Positions 9,731-21,649 of a DNA stretch of 64,000 bases are shown here, piece after piece (within the stretch, counting starts at the first letter, position 1; each line of letters begins with the position of its first letter). Made by a program: the position numbers and the translations under genes. The notes beneath the pieces are model-generated. The model saw only the letters and a list, made by a program, of their open reading frames with translations. It was not told the DNA's origin and ran no database searches. This DNA comes from a virus (lineage: Duplodnaviria; Caudoviricetes): IMG/VR virus record IMGVR_UViG_3300044641_005618. One strand, 5' to 3'.

Positions 9731-10366
9731 CTAAACGTCCAGGTCTAGGAAGGACAGCTCACCAAGTCCAACAAACTCTACCCCTTTGTACACCGTATGG
9801 TGATTTAGATGCCAGTGGCCATGAATCCATAGTTCCGGTTTGTGGGTCTCGAGCATGTTGTCGAAACACCTTCGTGTTACCGAAGGGATGTCAAATTTTT
9901 GCTTTCCTATTTTGTGACACACTAACGAAATTACGGAGTCAGGACACTCATGTGTGACAACGATCTTGGGTTTCACAAGCTCATACGCGTCCATAATGTT
10001 GGAAAGCTCTCCGTAAGAAAGCTCTTCGTCAGGCCACCAGTCGTAGCGCTCGGTACGTCGGTCCCTGTCGATGGAGTAAGCTCCACCCACACAAAAAATG
10101 TCGCCGCGACCGAACACCGACCCCCCGTCTTTCACCCAGTAGGGGTGTCTTTTGCAGGCACCGGGACTGTCGTGGTTTCCCCGTATGAAAAAGTGCTCAC
10201 CCTTTGACATCGCGTCGTAGGGTGGGCTGCTGTATGGCTTTTCGGTCTTCGGGTCAATGAAACCCACACCGAAGTCTCCCACTTGGACTGAGCGGTTGCA
10301 TTCTCTGATTAGCTTCTCATACTTTGACCATTTGCCATGTACATCACCAATAAATCTGATTTTCAC
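9731..10366 (-). CDS. Calcineurin-like metallophosphoesterase
   Basis: GDVHG, GDFG, GNHD, THECP, HGHWH. Confidence 0.9.
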   Translation of the reverse strand: MKIRFIGDVHGKWSKYEKLIRECNRSVQVGDFGVGFIDPKTEKPYSSPPYDAMSKGEHFFIRGNHDSPGACKRHPYWVKDGGSVFGRGDIFCVGGAYSIDRDRRTERYDWWPDEELSYGELSNIMDAYELVKPKIVVTHECPDSVISLVCHKIGKQKFDIPSVTRRCFDNMLETHKPELWIHGHWHLNHHTVYKGVEFVGLGELSFLDLDV

Positions 10367-10596
10367 AGTGTTCCCCTAAACAAGTCAATCACTCTCTGTA
10401 TCGCCTCAGATATTTCACCGGAGTCGTTATCAATAACTCTCTGGTCAACCATCCAAGAAATGAGATTGAAGATGTCTTTTTCAGTCGGTCCCTTTACCTG
10501 CGACTCTTTCAACGCTGCAAGTGCGAGGCATGTTGTAGCGGACTCGTAGGGTATCTCGTCGAGTAGGGCAGCGCAAATGGCGCGAAAGTTTTTCAT
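10363..10596 (-). CDS. Small hypothetical protein, leaderless start
   Basis: ATG exactly 6 nt after TATAGT. Confidence 0.65.
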   Translation of the reverse strand: MKNFRAICAALLDEIPYESATTCLALAALKESQVKGPTEKDIFNLISWMVDQRVIDNDSGEISEAIQRVIDLFRGTL

Positions 10597-10602
10597 ACAC
10601 TT

Positions 10603-10665
10603 ACTATAGCGTTTTTGTCGCTATAAGGCAAGGGCCTAAACCGCCCCGCTCAGGGCGGTTATCCG
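10603..10665 (-). promoter_or_regulatory. Repeated promoter element, leaderless
   Basis: CGGATAACC-N13-CGGTTTAGG..TTGCCT-N17-TATAGT-N6-ATG. Confidence 0.8.
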
Positions 10666-10897
10666 CTTTTTCTAGCTGTAGGCCTGCCGCTACCATTCGC
10701 AGTGAGTGCTCGGCGTCAGCTACGGCTTGTTCCTCAGGCGACGGCAGCTTTCGTTCCAGCAACTCGTCACCCCACTGCCATTTAGCCGCTTGTTCTTGGG
10801 TGGGTTCTCTTTGGTTAGTCATTATAACATGTGAACAATAAGGGTTCTTAAAGTGACTAAGGAAGTGCCTGTACGACACTTCTTTTGCACTTTATTT

Positions 10898-12004
10898 CTA
10901 CAGAACGTTTAAGTCAGGATACAGGCTCAAAAGTTCATCCTTTGACAGAACATCAAACTCGTCTTCGGGTTGCCAAATAACTTCCAGTGCCATCAGATCC
11001 TCAGGAGAGACTGAACCAAGGGTTACAAGATTGGCGTTTAAGCTCTCGTGCGAGTCCGACAGTTTGAGATCCAGCTTTCGGTCCGATGCCACAAGCACGC
11101 TCACAAGGATATATTCGTTCTCCTTGGCGTCCCTTTGGGGTTTGACCTTACGCTCTGTGACGCTCCCGCCCACATTCGTGAGAACTTCCTCTGATGCCTT
11201 CGAGCGTTCTTCCATGGAAAGTTGGTCGAATCGGCTTTCTGCCTCTCCTGACGCCACCTGCTCAGTACTGCTCCACGCGTAAACAACTTTGTCGGGGTGG
11301 CGAAGAAGGGCGAGGGAAGTTTCTTGCAGGATCTTCGAGAGACCCTCAGCACTGTCCGTGTCCCCTCGCCGAGCGAGTCGTATTAGGTCTGTTTGTAGGT
11401 CCTTTGCAGAGGCGAGCAAGGCCACTCGCTGCCTCACCACGGTCGTCTTTCTAAGCTTGTCCCGCTGAGTACTCACCCATGGGCTCACAAAGTCGTCCCA
11501 ACCCCCAGCCAGCAGAAAGATAGCCAAGCCTCCTACGCCTAACACGGCAAGGATCCCAAAAAAGAATGCGGGACTCACAGGTGTTTGAGGCACTGGTGCC
11601 ACTTGCGAAGAGTAAAGTGGCGGAGCAACCGGATAGACGTTCGGTGTCATGTCCGGCATCACAATGATGTTCGTTCTGTTGTTTCCGGGGTTGCTGTAGG
11701 GTAGTGTTGTTCGGTACGGTTTCGAAGGGCTGCCACCGTAGTAGCTTGGACTTCTATTCAGCCCCGGTGCAGGGGTGCTTCTTAGCACCGGTGAGGGAGA
11801 GGTCCTATAGCTTGGAGAGCTGGAGCGACTACTCCCGAAACTTGGGGACCGAGATGGTCGGCTATAGCTAGACGAACTGCGAAAGCTCCGTCCGCTTATT
11901 CGTCCGGCTGACGCTGCGAGTGCCGGTGTTGCCGAGAGCAGGGTTGCTAAGGCGAAAGTCAAAGCCAAGACAGTTGCTGCGGTTGCTGCGGTTTTTGTTT
12001 TCAT
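10898..12004 (-). CDS. DUF1517 family membrane protein (FLAP1/FlpA homologue)
   Basis: Signal peptide ending PALA, ASAGRISGRSF Ser/Arg-rich segment, one TM helix, LQETSLALLRHP, EAESRFDQLSMEERSK, EYILVSVLVA, LEVIWQPE, LLSLYPDL C-terminus. Confidence 0.88.
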   Translation of the reverse strand: MKTKTAATAATVLALTFALATLLSATPALAASAGRISGRSFRSSSSYSRPSRSPSFGSSRSSSPSYRTSPSPVLRSTPAPGLNRSPSYYGGSPSKPYRTTLPYSNPGNNRTNIIVMPDMTPNVYPVAPPLYSSQVAPVPQTPVSPAFFFGILAVLGVGGLAIFLLAGGWDDFVSPWVSTQRDKLRKTTVVRQRVALLASAKDLQTDLIRLARRGDTDSAEGLSKILQETSLALLRHPDKVVYAWSSTEQVASGEAESRFDQLSMEERSKASEEVLTNVGGSVTERKVKPQRDAKENEYILVSVLVASDRKLDLKLSDSHESLNANLVTLGSVSPEDLMALEVIWQPEDEFDVLSKDELLSLYPDLNVL

Positions 12005-12080
12005 TGTGTTGCAGTAGTGTTACCTAGAAAATGCTAGGCGAAATGTTATGGGACAATCTTCCTTAATACCTGGGGATCGC

Positions 12081-12857
12081 TCATACAGCGTCCCACTCAT
12101 TCGCCTTGAATTTCGGTCGCCACCAGTTTCGAACTTTACCGGCTTTGTCGATAGACAAGATAATGTAGTCGCCGAACCCCGCGTCACCTTTGCACAAATA
12201 CTCGTCAGGAACGTAATCCCCACGGTACTTAAATAAGCGGTGCTCCGAGTCTCTGAGCCAGTACTCACCTTGGTCGCACACTTTGTAGTAAATTTCGGCT
12301 GTGACTCCGTAGGGCCACTCCATCACCTGACCGTCTTTCAGGCGAATGGTTGGAGTCCAGCATTTCCCGGTTCGGAGAGGGATGAGTGTCCCCTCTTTGT
12401 CAATCGTCTCATTGACTGTCGCGTCTTCCCAGTACCTCACTTCTGCCGATATCTCAAGAAACTCTAGTTTTGGAGTCTTAGTGCCGGAGAGGCTAACCGT
12501 GCTCTTAGCACTCGACATGTCCGGGAACCAAGTGTCTTTTCGGCTAGAGTATACGGCGGTGTCGTCTTCGGTGAAAGACCTCTTTCGGCCAAACTTGTAG
12601 ACCTCCACTTGGTCCTTCGTAAAGACATAGCAAAAGTCGGTAGATGCGCTGGTTTCCCATTTCCAGGGCCAACCCTCTTCAGGAGAGTGAAAGTCGTCCC
12701 GTTTGGCTATGCGCCTGATTCCGGACCGGAACTCGTGCGCGGAGGTGACGAACGTGATTTCCGGACAAATAGTTTCAAGAACACCACCGTCGGAGGAAAT
12801 AGACCCGAGCCACTCCACGGACTTTGGACTTCTAACGTAAAAGTCTGCCGGTTGCAT
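12081..12857 (-). CDS. Hypothetical protein
   Basis: 258-aa ORF directly downstream of a promoter element. Confidence 0.7.
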   Translation of the reverse strand: MQPADFYVRSPKSVEWLGSISSDGGVLETICPEITFVTSAHEFRSGIRRIAKRDDFHSPEEGWPWKWETSASTDFCYVFTKDQVEVYKFGRKRSFTEDDTAVYSSRKDTWFPDMSSAKSTVSLSGTKTPKLEFLEISAEVRYWEDATVNETIDKEGTLIPLRTGKCWTPTIRLKDGQVMEWPYGVTAEIYYKVCDQGEYWLRDSEHRLFKYRGDYVPDEYLCKGDAGFGDYIILSIDKAGKVRNWWRPKFKANEWDAV

Positions 12858-12893
12858 AATGAAAGTTGAGTCTGCGCGAGTATGTATAAGGTA

Positions 12894-12956
12894 ACTATAC
12901 CGCTTTCCTTGCGGAAAGGCAAGGCGGTAAACCGCCCCAGAGCAGCCGGTTAACCG
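12894..12956 (-). promoter_or_regulatory. Repeated promoter element
   Basis: CGGTTAACC-N13-CGGTTTACC..TTGCCT-N17-TATAGT; spacer CTTTCC-GCAA-GGAAAG. Confidence 0.8.
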
Positions 12957-13853
12957 TGCCCATCCAACTCAGTTGCAATCGCGTACAACTTCTCTTGGTA
13001 GTGCCCGTGTGCGCCAAGCGGTGTTAGTCCGAGTTCACCTCTAAATTCAATCTGCGTTATCAGTTCTCGAAGAAAAGCAGCCAGTGCTTCACCGGTGTCT
13101 TCAAAAACCCCTAGGCGGTCTGCAACGTCGCAGTAGGCGTTCCATGCGGCTTCGGCTTCAGGGCTGAGTTTGTGCTTAGTCATTTATTCCCAAAAAGTGG
13201 ATAATTAGAATAGACAGCAAGAAACAACCGGCGATAGTACCGAGGGTTGAGTACAAAATTTCAAACATTGTCGCATGGAAGTTTTATATTCCTTTCTGCA
13301 GAAAAATTGTGTAAAGCCCGTGACACCTCGTCTCCAATGGCGTCCTCTATGTCATTGAAGCAGGAACCAGCGTAGGTTCGCCAGGACTGAGTCTCTTCGT
13401 CAAAGTCTTCTAACCGGGTCTCCACGATTGTTCGGTACGGCTCGTAAATCGCGAGGATCGTTTCAAATTGCGCCTTGGATAGGCTTACCCTGCGGGTGTT
13501 TATTCCGAGTGCTTCAGCGATCTGAAGAGATGTGTTTGCACTGAGATACCTAATAACGACAAGGTTATGGTTCCACATTATGTAGGACTCAAGGGTGAGA
13601 CCAGGGATGCTACTCATTTACTTCACCATTCATCAACAGGAATGTCATCGACGGGTAATATGCGTAAGTGACGCACGGTGGGGTACTTCTCGGGAAGCCC
13701 CCTAGTTGCTCCGCAGGTTGAGCACCTGTGCGGGTATTGTAGGGGTTCAGTTAGCCAGGCAACGGTGCCGTAAGGCTGCATTGTTCCACTTTCACACTCG
13801 TCGCATTCATACTCAACCCCGACTACTTGTAGCGGAAAAGTTTTCTCAGCCAT
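12950..13853 (-). other. Three small CDS: 12950-13183, 13261-13617 and a CxxC..CxxC zinc-ribbon protein at 13623-13853
   Basis: ORF track; CDEC and RCSTC motifs. Confidence 0.6.
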
Positions 13854-13970
13854 TGTGCCCCCGAATGCTAGCTTTCTTTTGTGCTGCTGCGTAAACTTCT
13901 GCGGTTACCATTATCTTATGTTAGTGTGTTTGAGTCATAGGAGGAGTCTGTGTCAGCGGAATTGCTGGAC

Positions 13971-13993
13971 AAAAAAGCCCCCGTTAAGGGGCT
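13971..13993 (-). terminator. Rho-independent terminator
   Basis: AGCCCC-TTAACG-GGGGCT followed by a T run. Confidence 0.8.
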
Positions 13994-14004
13994 AGTGTTT
14001 TAGC

Positions 14005-16099
14005 TCATTCAGCTGAACTAAATGAATTAAGGTAGTCAATCACTTTGTTGGTGACGATTACCCGAGCAAGCTCGTCGCTTGCCTTGGTGTCGGCATCACT
14101 TTCGTGATACCGTTGTAACTCTACGACCGTAGTCAAAAATAAAGACTGTAAAGTCTCTTCTAGTTCGTTAAGCGAGACATCAGGTACTCCTGTTTGTTCA
14201 ATTTCTTGAACCAGTGAAAACATAGAGATTTGAGTTTTAATCATTGTTTAAAGGTGTAATGAGAGACGTTGACCCTCAAGATCGTAGGCTAGGTTCATAA
14301 GAACTTGTCTTGTCATTTGAGTTTGCGTGGTCATTCCCCAGGCCATAGCATCTCTTCTACTTTCCAGGTTCTCTTGTGGTCTAATTTCAATCCAGGGAAT
14401 AGTCAGATCTGTAACTGCACAGATCACGGCGGCAACGCACTGCGGCGGGCATTCTGCCCCGGCGGCGGACCGGACTGCCTGAGCAACCGGGCTTAAATTC
14501 TCTGGGAACTCAGTAGGCATTTTCGTCTCCGACTAGATTTGCAAGTTCCTGAATAGTCATTTTGCGAAGGTCTTCGATCATGATCGTGTCTTCTGTTGCC
14601 ATCTTCAGTCCAAAGGAGTAACCTTGCTCATAACCTTCTCTTCCTGCTTCGTTATACGCCCCGTTCCACTCTAAGTTTTTCTTTCTTAAGTGTCTGTGAC
14701 TCTCAATTAGTGATGCAACAGTAAGTGGTTCCAGGGGTGTGTATTCTCCGTGAATTTCGGAGTCGTAGTCAGCAAGGAGCTTGTCGTCGTCAGTCATTTT
14801 GTTCGTGCCTATAAGAGTCTTCTTGGTCCAGCCTCGCCTCTAGCTTAGCGATCTTGTCGTAAAGGTCTACAATGGTGTCAATTAGGTCTTCGTAACACAG
14901 AGTCGGGGACTCCCCGTCTTCTGAAAGCTTGGTGTAATACGTTTGCCACTCTTCGGGCTTTGTGTAATAGCTGTAAGGGTGTATTTTCAAAACTCCTCCA
15001 CAATTAGTGTGTTACCTACATAAGTGATTCCTGTTTTATTAAGTTTGTCACTGGTGTCAAGTTCATCGGTACTCGTCAGGCGTCCCGACACACCAGCCCC
15101 ACTATCCCGACTAGTTAGCGGGTAGGTTTCGTCACCAATGCAGCGCTCAATCAAGTTGGCCAGTTGATAACGAGTTAAGCCAGGTGGGGGTTCCCTTATC
15201 ATCTGAACCGCAAGGGCTAATCCCTCGTCCAAAGCTGCTAAGGTTTCCTGTATCAGGATGGCCCTTAAAAAGCTCTCTTGCTCAAGGGTGAATTCCTGAA
15301 CCAACCTAAGATCAACCTTCTCCCCAGTGTCTTTAATACACTGAAGGGTCTTCTCGTCGTAATTCATTGGTTTCGATTTGTAAGTGATTTGAGTGGTCTT
15401 AAGGCGAGCCCAAAAATGTTCTTAAGGAGCCCAGCAAATTTTGAGAGGGGTGATACTTCTGTAGTAGGGTAGGGAATGAAAGAACCTGTGTCCAGCCACC
15501 TTTGCAAAACAGTAACCAGGGACTGAACCTGTTCTTCCCCAAGGTGCATTCTATCTTCCCCTTGGCCCAACCACACCGCAGACGTCCCTGGCTCCCAATA
15601 AACGGCAAGGGAGCTTTGTTGCAGGCTGCACTCCTTGTTGTATAGATCTTGAAAGCCAATGACCTCAAATCCCCTCTCGGTGCGGGTCACCAACCCAAGT
15701 TCTCCGGTGAGTTCGAGATCTTCCATTGCTTCCTCAAAGGAATATGTTTTTTCTTCTCCGGACTCAACACGCTTTGCTATGGTAATGGCATCGAGAACGT
15801 CCTCGTCACTCCAATTCGTGTCCTGGAACCAGTTCTGGTAGTAGCTCTGGATTCTCGCTATCAAAGTTCGGTTAATCATTCTCGTTGATTTCGCTCAGTG
15901 TTTGTTTTTTCGAGGTGCTCCGGTCGTATCGTTTACCAACCCAGTGCGGGCAGCTGTGACCCCAGTCGGGCTTTGTGCGTGCGTCAAGAAACTCACACAG
16001 TCCTGAGGCTAATTCACCTCCTTTACCGCCGTTTGATTGCACAAGGGAATCTTTTTTCCACTTGGTGTAGTAGACACAAGACCCGCAGCTTTTGCTCAT
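14005..16099 (-). other. Run of small hypothetical CDS (14005-14244, 14248-14520, 14510-14797, 14790-14990, 14987-15367, 15364-15879, 15872-16099)
   Basis: Head-to-tail minus-strand ORFs with start/stop overlaps. Confidence 0.65.
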
Positions 16100-16133
16100 T
16101 GCTTCGCCCCACGTGTTAGGTCATCTTTCACTA

Positions 16134-16196
16134 AGTATGCCGGTTTTCACCAGGGAAGTAAAGGCGGGAAACCGTCTCGAAGCAAACGGTCAACCA
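16134..16196 (-). promoter_or_regulatory. Repeated promoter element
   Basis: TGGTTGACC-N13-CGGTTTCCC..TTTACT-N17-CATACT. Confidence 0.7.
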
Positions 16197-16222
16197 TACT
16201 TTACACAGGGAAGGACACAGAA

Positions 16223-19200
16223 CTATTTCGGTGGCGCAAAGTTTCGAGGGAGAACGGAATGAGGGTCTGACAGCAAAATGCGGTACATTTGTTCTTCGAG
16301 CCCCCTTGTAATGTCCTTGGCAATTAACCCGGCGAGTTTTGAAACGGCTTCTGCGCTCTTCTCACACCGTCCATTTTTGTACTCCGACCCGAGGGCAGAG
16401 AAAGTTGTCGATTGTGTGAATTTCTTTCCGTTTAGGGTCCACCTTGCTTCTAGGGTGGTTTCCCTGGAAAGGGGTTCTAGGTATCCTTCAACGCCCACAC
16501 TTAGTGTGTTTTCAGGAGAAACAACACCTTTCGGGTGTAAGGCACGAAAATGATCAGAGAGCTCTTGCCATTCTTGGAGTTGCTGTAGGGGTGTTTTTTC
16601 GTTCATCTTGCAGAGTGTTAGGTGGTGTGAAAATTGGGGTTGAAGCCTATCCACGTATCAACGACGTGGCCCCCTTAGAAGCTTTGCGGTTAAGGGGTAG
16701 GGCCAGAGTAAAACGTGGCCGCAAACGTCCAAAATTCTTACCCTATGCCCGATAACTGGTAGATCGTAGTCTGGGAGTGAGGAAAGGAGCCTTGCAAAGC
16801 CCACAAGCAGGTAAGTTACGGCAAGTAGGGCGAGCATGGGGGTCTACGGTTAACTATGCCGGTAGTATAGCTTGAGATTTTTCTGGTAAAGTTTGTCGCC
16901 TTTTTTTATATGCGGTCTCTGGATCGCCACTGGTAGCACCAATCTTTGTCGGCATTGATTTCCTTCGGTGGACCTTGTATGTGGCACTTTGTGGAAATTC
17001 GCCACGCTGCCAAGCCGTGTGTGTCAGGAAGCGAAGCTACTACAGGGTCCACAACTGGGGAAGAAACCGAGTAGTCACAAGTTGAGCATTGTCTCTTATT
17101 GTCCATGTTCTTTTACTAAGACGCACTGGGGGTTACAATTGCCCACCAGGGTAACCAGTGAGTGTAGCTGTAACCGCTCCCGGAGAGGTTATATTTTCTA
17201 ACTGGCTAGTCAAATTGTAGCATTTCCCACATACCCTCAACTGCTGACCCGTCGGCGTCGGTTCTCCACCACCAACATAGTTCTTCGGCGTCAGAATCAG
17301 AGAGCTTAGGTAGACGGTCAACAACACTTACGGGCTCAATGGCTTCACCCCGAACCGCTCTGTAGAGCTTACTCTCGGCTTCTCTTTCTCTCACCAAGCC
17401 GTACTCAATTTCAGCAGAAATCTGCAAGGCTTTCTCTCGTGCTTCGCGCAAGTTCATTTTAAACGGGGGCAGGGAATTGAGTTGTATGACAACCAATGAG
17501 TGAGACCGTATTCTTCCCGAGACTCTAAGTTCTGGCTGTCGTACCTCATAAGTTCCCAACAGTCGCTACAACCGATTCCTGGGCAAAACACCCAAAACTC
17601 CCCGTTTGTACTACAGTCTTCCGGTCCAGGGTACCGCTCGGTAAAGGGTACGGGTACTTGCGTCGTCATGCTGGAGAAAGGTCAGTGTGTGTAATGCTAG
17701 GTAAGGTGTAGCGGCTTCCCAATTGCCCTGCTTCGTTGCTTCCGCTGCAGTTGAACGAGTGGTGAGTTCCCTTTGGACACCTTTTGTTGCCGCAAGTTGG
17801 ACAAACGGCCATAGGGTGAACCAAAGGTTGCGCTGTGGCGTTTGCTCTTTCCTTGACACAATAAAAGCACGGGCACCCCTGTTTGTACAATGTATCAGCC
17901 ATTGAGCTCTTTTAGAGCCTCCCCTCCTTCAACCAAAGCTCTTACAATAGTGCTTGTAATCTCGGGTAGGTACCGTCCGTCTTTCTCGATGGTCCCCATG
18001 AATTGCAGAGCAATTTCATTAAGTGTAGGTACGTTGGGCCTGCGTGCTTCACGAAGTTCCTGGTCTTTACCCACCCACCCGTCGTCGGAACTAAACTGAG
18101 GATCTTCTTGGAGGCGCAACCATTCGCAGCAAGCATCAAGCTCTTGGTCGGCGCCCCATTGTGCGACCTTGTTAGCGAAGTTGCGCGTAGGCTGGAGGGC
18201 ACTGGTGGGGGGCATCTCCTGATCAATGGGCCACCAGCTCTCTATTAGTTCATCGGGAACTTCAATCGAATTGTGCTGAGTCATTGCGTCGGAATTTTGT
18301 TCAATTGGATGAGATACATTCGGGACAGAAGGGGAAGAACCATCTTTAGTCAAATCCCACTCTTTTAGGGACTCTCGAAACGCTGTGCGCAGTCCTTCGT
18401 CAACTTGCTCAAGGGTTTGTGGTTGTGGTACCCAGCTTTCCTGGGGACTCGCTAGTTTGTTACGTAGCGCCTTCTCAAGGTAGTGTAAACACCCCACACT
18501 AGTACGCCACCGGGCAACCACCCTTGGAATCTCTTCAGTCCGGCCCACCCACCATGGGCCTTCCTGATGAATCACTGCTGTAACGGTTGTTTGGAGTTTA
18601 ATTCTTTCTTCTCTGTTTGTCATTCTTAAAACTCGTCAAGTTTCGCCAGAACTTCACGTCTCGTGGGTAAGTTAAGTGCCATGCGCAACGTGTCATTTTC
18701 GTGTATCAACAGTATTACCATATCTGGCGTAGTAACTTCGCATTCTGGGAATTGCGACCCGATAAGGGTTGAAATTCTCATATACTCCGTTTTGTAGTCA
18801 GTTTCTTCCATACTAGAACCTTCGGTGTTGGCTTAAATGAGTTAAAAGTGTGGCATCAAGGTCGCACAGTTAGAACCGTCTTGCCGGAGTCGAAGGGCAA
18901 TCCATAGTCTCTTGAGCAGCGGTTCTTTTCTGTACCGTTCTAACCTCCCTTCAGTAACCTTAAGGGAGTTTGCTAAGGCACGAGCATCATTCTGGGACTT
19001 CTCAAGGTTTCGCCCTAGCGTCCAAAGTTTCTGCCCTTGGTCTTGTACTGTGTTCTCAAGCTTGACCACCTTATTACGGAGTTTGGAGTTAATGTAGGTG
19101 GATAAAATCTTCTCGGTCTGAGGCTCAATCGCAAATAAGTGAAGGTAGGAGGGGTCGTAGTTCCCGGACTTCCGGCCCCCGTCGTAACTCTCCAAGTATA

Positions 19201-19435
19201 AACGTTCAACCTCAGGAAGATCATGAAGAGGTAAACTTGAGCAGAAACCAACCTCGTGTAGTGGGAGACTTTCTACGTGATTCTTCCTCGTGAGTAAAAC
19301 CTTGTTATCCGGGTCATCTGTAGGTATGCGGAATAGCTCGTCAGGGTCTAAGAGTGGAGCGTACCTGACGTATTTGTCATTGTCATAAACGGGTACGACC
19401 GTTTTAGTTAGAGTGTATATTGTGGCGTTTCTCAT
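16223..19435 (-). other. Run of small hypothetical CDS, including DUF551-like ERxP..W proteins (17206-17559, 17454-17669), a Cys-rich protein (17666-17902) and a WGADQELDACCEWL protein (17895-18623)
   Basis: ORF track; motifs resemble small-protein families of picocyanobacterial phages (recognised by eye). Confidence 0.55.
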
Positions 19436-19508
19436 TTTTCAGTGGTTTAGGGGTGTGAATTAGTATGCTGGACCGGAGTCGAGGTAAAGGTTCCCTGGCG
19501 AGGTCCCC

Positions 19509-19838
19509 CTAGTCGGACTCGTCCGGCGATAGGATCTCGTCGAGGTCGACTTGGACACCCGCCACCAGTAACTGGAGTCGTTCGACCAGGCTCGCGCCCA
19601 CAGCCCGCAGGTATTCTCCTTGGTTTATTTCGTCGAGTCTGCACCACTCTTCAAGATTTGGATTCAAGTCTGGGGGCGAAATGGGCCAGTGCTTGGCCTC
19701 GTATTCCTCTACTAAAATTGTCAAGGTCTCTAACTGGAGGTACTCGGGGCTACCAACCAATGCACCCAAGCAGCTATCAATGTCCTTAAGCGCAAGGTCG
19801 TACTCGGCTTCGTTTGCGAGAGGTTTAACGGATTGCAT
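19509..19838 (-). CDS. HigA-type antitoxin N-terminal domain protein without HTH
   Basis: NEAEYDLALKDID...LETLTILVEEYEAKHWPISPPD. Confidence 0.65.
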   Translation of the reverse strand: MQSVKPLANEAEYDLALKDIDSCLGALVGSPEYLQLETLTILVEEYEAKHWPISPPDLNPNLEEWCRLDEINQGEYLRAVGASLVERLQLLVAGVQVDLDEILSPDESD

Positions 19839-19863
19839 GGTGTTTTGGCGTATGATGTCTAAG

Positions 19864-20268
19864 TTATAATGTTGTGTTTCTAATTAGGACCCCCAACTTA
19901 TTTGGCAGAGAAACAGGGATTCCACCGCAAACTTTGCAGTAGTCCTCGGGTTCAGGTTCAGGGGTTAGAAGCCGATGTTTGTTATTGTACTGAAGTTCAT
20001 CTAACCGCTCCCTCACCTCGATGAGTGACGCGAGGGGGAACAACCACCTACCATCAGACTGAAAAGCTCCAGGAAAGTACCCGCCTTCAAGCCAGTTACT
20101 GACACTTTCGTCGGAGTCAATCTCAAGGAAAGCCGCAGCTTGCTCTGAGTCATACAGGTCTGCTTTTGACACGAGAGTATAGTTTTCAGCTACCGATTGC
20201 AGAATAGCGTTGTTGTCTCGGATTCTTTCCACAACAGTTCTCGGGCCAAAAGGTGCTGAGTAATCCAT
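19864..20268 (-). CDS. Excisionase/MerR-like helix-turn-helix protein
   Basis: YDSEQAAAFLEI...VSNWLEGGYFPGA...GRWLFP. Confidence 0.7.
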   Translation of the reverse strand: MDYSAPFGPRTVVERIRDNNAILQSVAENYTLVSKADLYDSEQAAAFLEIDSDESVSNWLEGGYFPGAFQSDGRWLFPLASLIEVRERLDELQYNNKHRLLTPEPEPEDYCKVCGGIPVSLPNKLGVLIRNTTL

Positions 20269-20319
20269 CGCGTTATTTCAGGGTTATAAGGTTTACCCTG
20301 CGGATTCTTTCGGGGACTA

Positions 20320-20907
20320 CTAGTTGGTGTCCATAGGTTCGTCAAACCGGTGAAGTTCCTGGAGAAGTCTAGCATAGTGGAGCTCAATCGTGTAATGATC
20401 AACCAAAACACAGCAGTTTGGGTGGGCTCCTCTTCCGAGTGTCATTGTTCTGAAGTCAAAGTTTGGTAACCCACCTGGAGTCTCGAACTTTATGCCGAGT
20501 CTAAGGGATTCCCCCTTTCCGTACATATCGTCAAAGTCGCACTCCATTTTAAGTGCGTAGTCGTGACGGCAGGCCAGGACATAAACTGCCCTCCCCTCGG
20601 AAGCAAGGCGATAAGCCTCCTTAAGCAGGCGAGTAGTGCGACCTGTTTGCCTTAGGTTGTCGAAAGGTGCTGTTGTTGATTTAGTCATAGAGGACTCGGG
20701 TGCCTGGAGACCGGGATCGAGCGTACAAGCTTGGACAATTTGCTTAAGGTGACCTCGAGATAACCGCCCCATTTTCTTAGTTTCCTCCTTGCGTGCGTCA
20801 TTTTCTCGTCTAATTCTCTCAGTTTCTTCTCTGAACGCAGCATTTTGGGCAGCCAGCGCTTCAGTTTCTCGTTGAAAGGGTTTCAGCCAGTTGGGGCAGT
20901 TACTCAT
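20320..20907 (-). CDS. Hypothetical protein with P-loop-like RQTGRTT segment
   Basis: RQTGRTTRLL...VYVLA...VLVDH; the true start may be internal. Confidence 0.5.
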   Translation of the reverse strand: MSNCPNWLKPFQRETEALAAQNAAFREETERIRRENDARKEETKKMGRLSRGHLKQIVQACTLDPGLQAPESSMTKSTTAPFDNLRQTGRTTRLLKEAYRLASEGRAVYVLACRHDYALKMECDFDDMYGKGESLRLGIKFETPGGLPNFDFRTMTLGRGAHPNCCVLVDHYTIELHYARLLQELHRFDEPMDTN

Positions 20908-21430
20908 TGCCCCCCTTTCGTAGTAAAGTCAACACTCTCAGTGTTAACCCTGTCAACGTTAATTGCCTGAATGTCGTCAATTCCAGACTTGGTCACGATC
21001 CAGTATCCATCCCGATGGTCGAACGTAACCCATCGCTTTGTGCCGGGACACCTGGTTACTCGTAGCCTATCTCCCTTTTTCAGAGTGGTTTTGGCACTAT
21101 CTGTAGCCAGCTTAGTTAGCCTTACGCGTCTAGCTCGCTCCTCTTCAGTGTGGTTCATACTAGTGCTCTCATTGAAACTTCGCAAGCTTTCAACCAAAGG
21201 GTGTCACGGCCAATCCTATCGGCAATCGTCTTCAGCTCAGATACATCACAAGGTACCTGTAGCCAAATTGTCTCGGGGTCTTTACTGAGGGTGGATTCAG
21301 GGGGGGAGCCGGTTTGCTTTTATGCAAAGGCGCCCATCGTCGTCCATACCACATTCCTGTCCCGTTACGTCAGTAACAGTGTGTCCCGCCAGCAAGACTC
21401 TGAGTAGGATTTCTACGGGCTCTTTCATTG

Positions 21431-21649
21431 TCAGATACCCAATCCTGTAACATTTCGCAAGGTGCCATCTGCGTCACTAGTAAGCACATAACCCCCCGCT
21501 GAACGAGTCTTTATTGCTAACTTACAGAGTGCCAATGCCCTTTGAAAGATTGCACCGCGAGAAAGGCCGGTCGTTTGTTCAAGGTCTTGCAGGTCTCGGG
21601 CCATGTCGGGTGGCATGATAACGTCAAATCTTGTTGGGGTCATAATCAA
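21431..21649 (-). CDS. Ribbon-helix-helix (CopG-like) regulator
   Basis: RFDVIMP strand, then MARDLQDLEQTTGLSRGAIFQRAL helices. Confidence 0.7.
   Translation of the reverse strand: MIMTPTRFDVIMPPDMARDLQDLEQTTGLSRGAIFQRALALCKLAIKTRSAGGYVLTSDADGTLRNVTGLGI

Noticed and set aside
12894-12956. Tandem boxes as cyanobacterial Pho (SphR) or HLR1 (RpaB) sites
   Set aside because: GTTAACC resembles a Pho half-site and 22 is twice 11, but the middle repeat is absent and the proximal box CGGTTTMCC fits neither consensus
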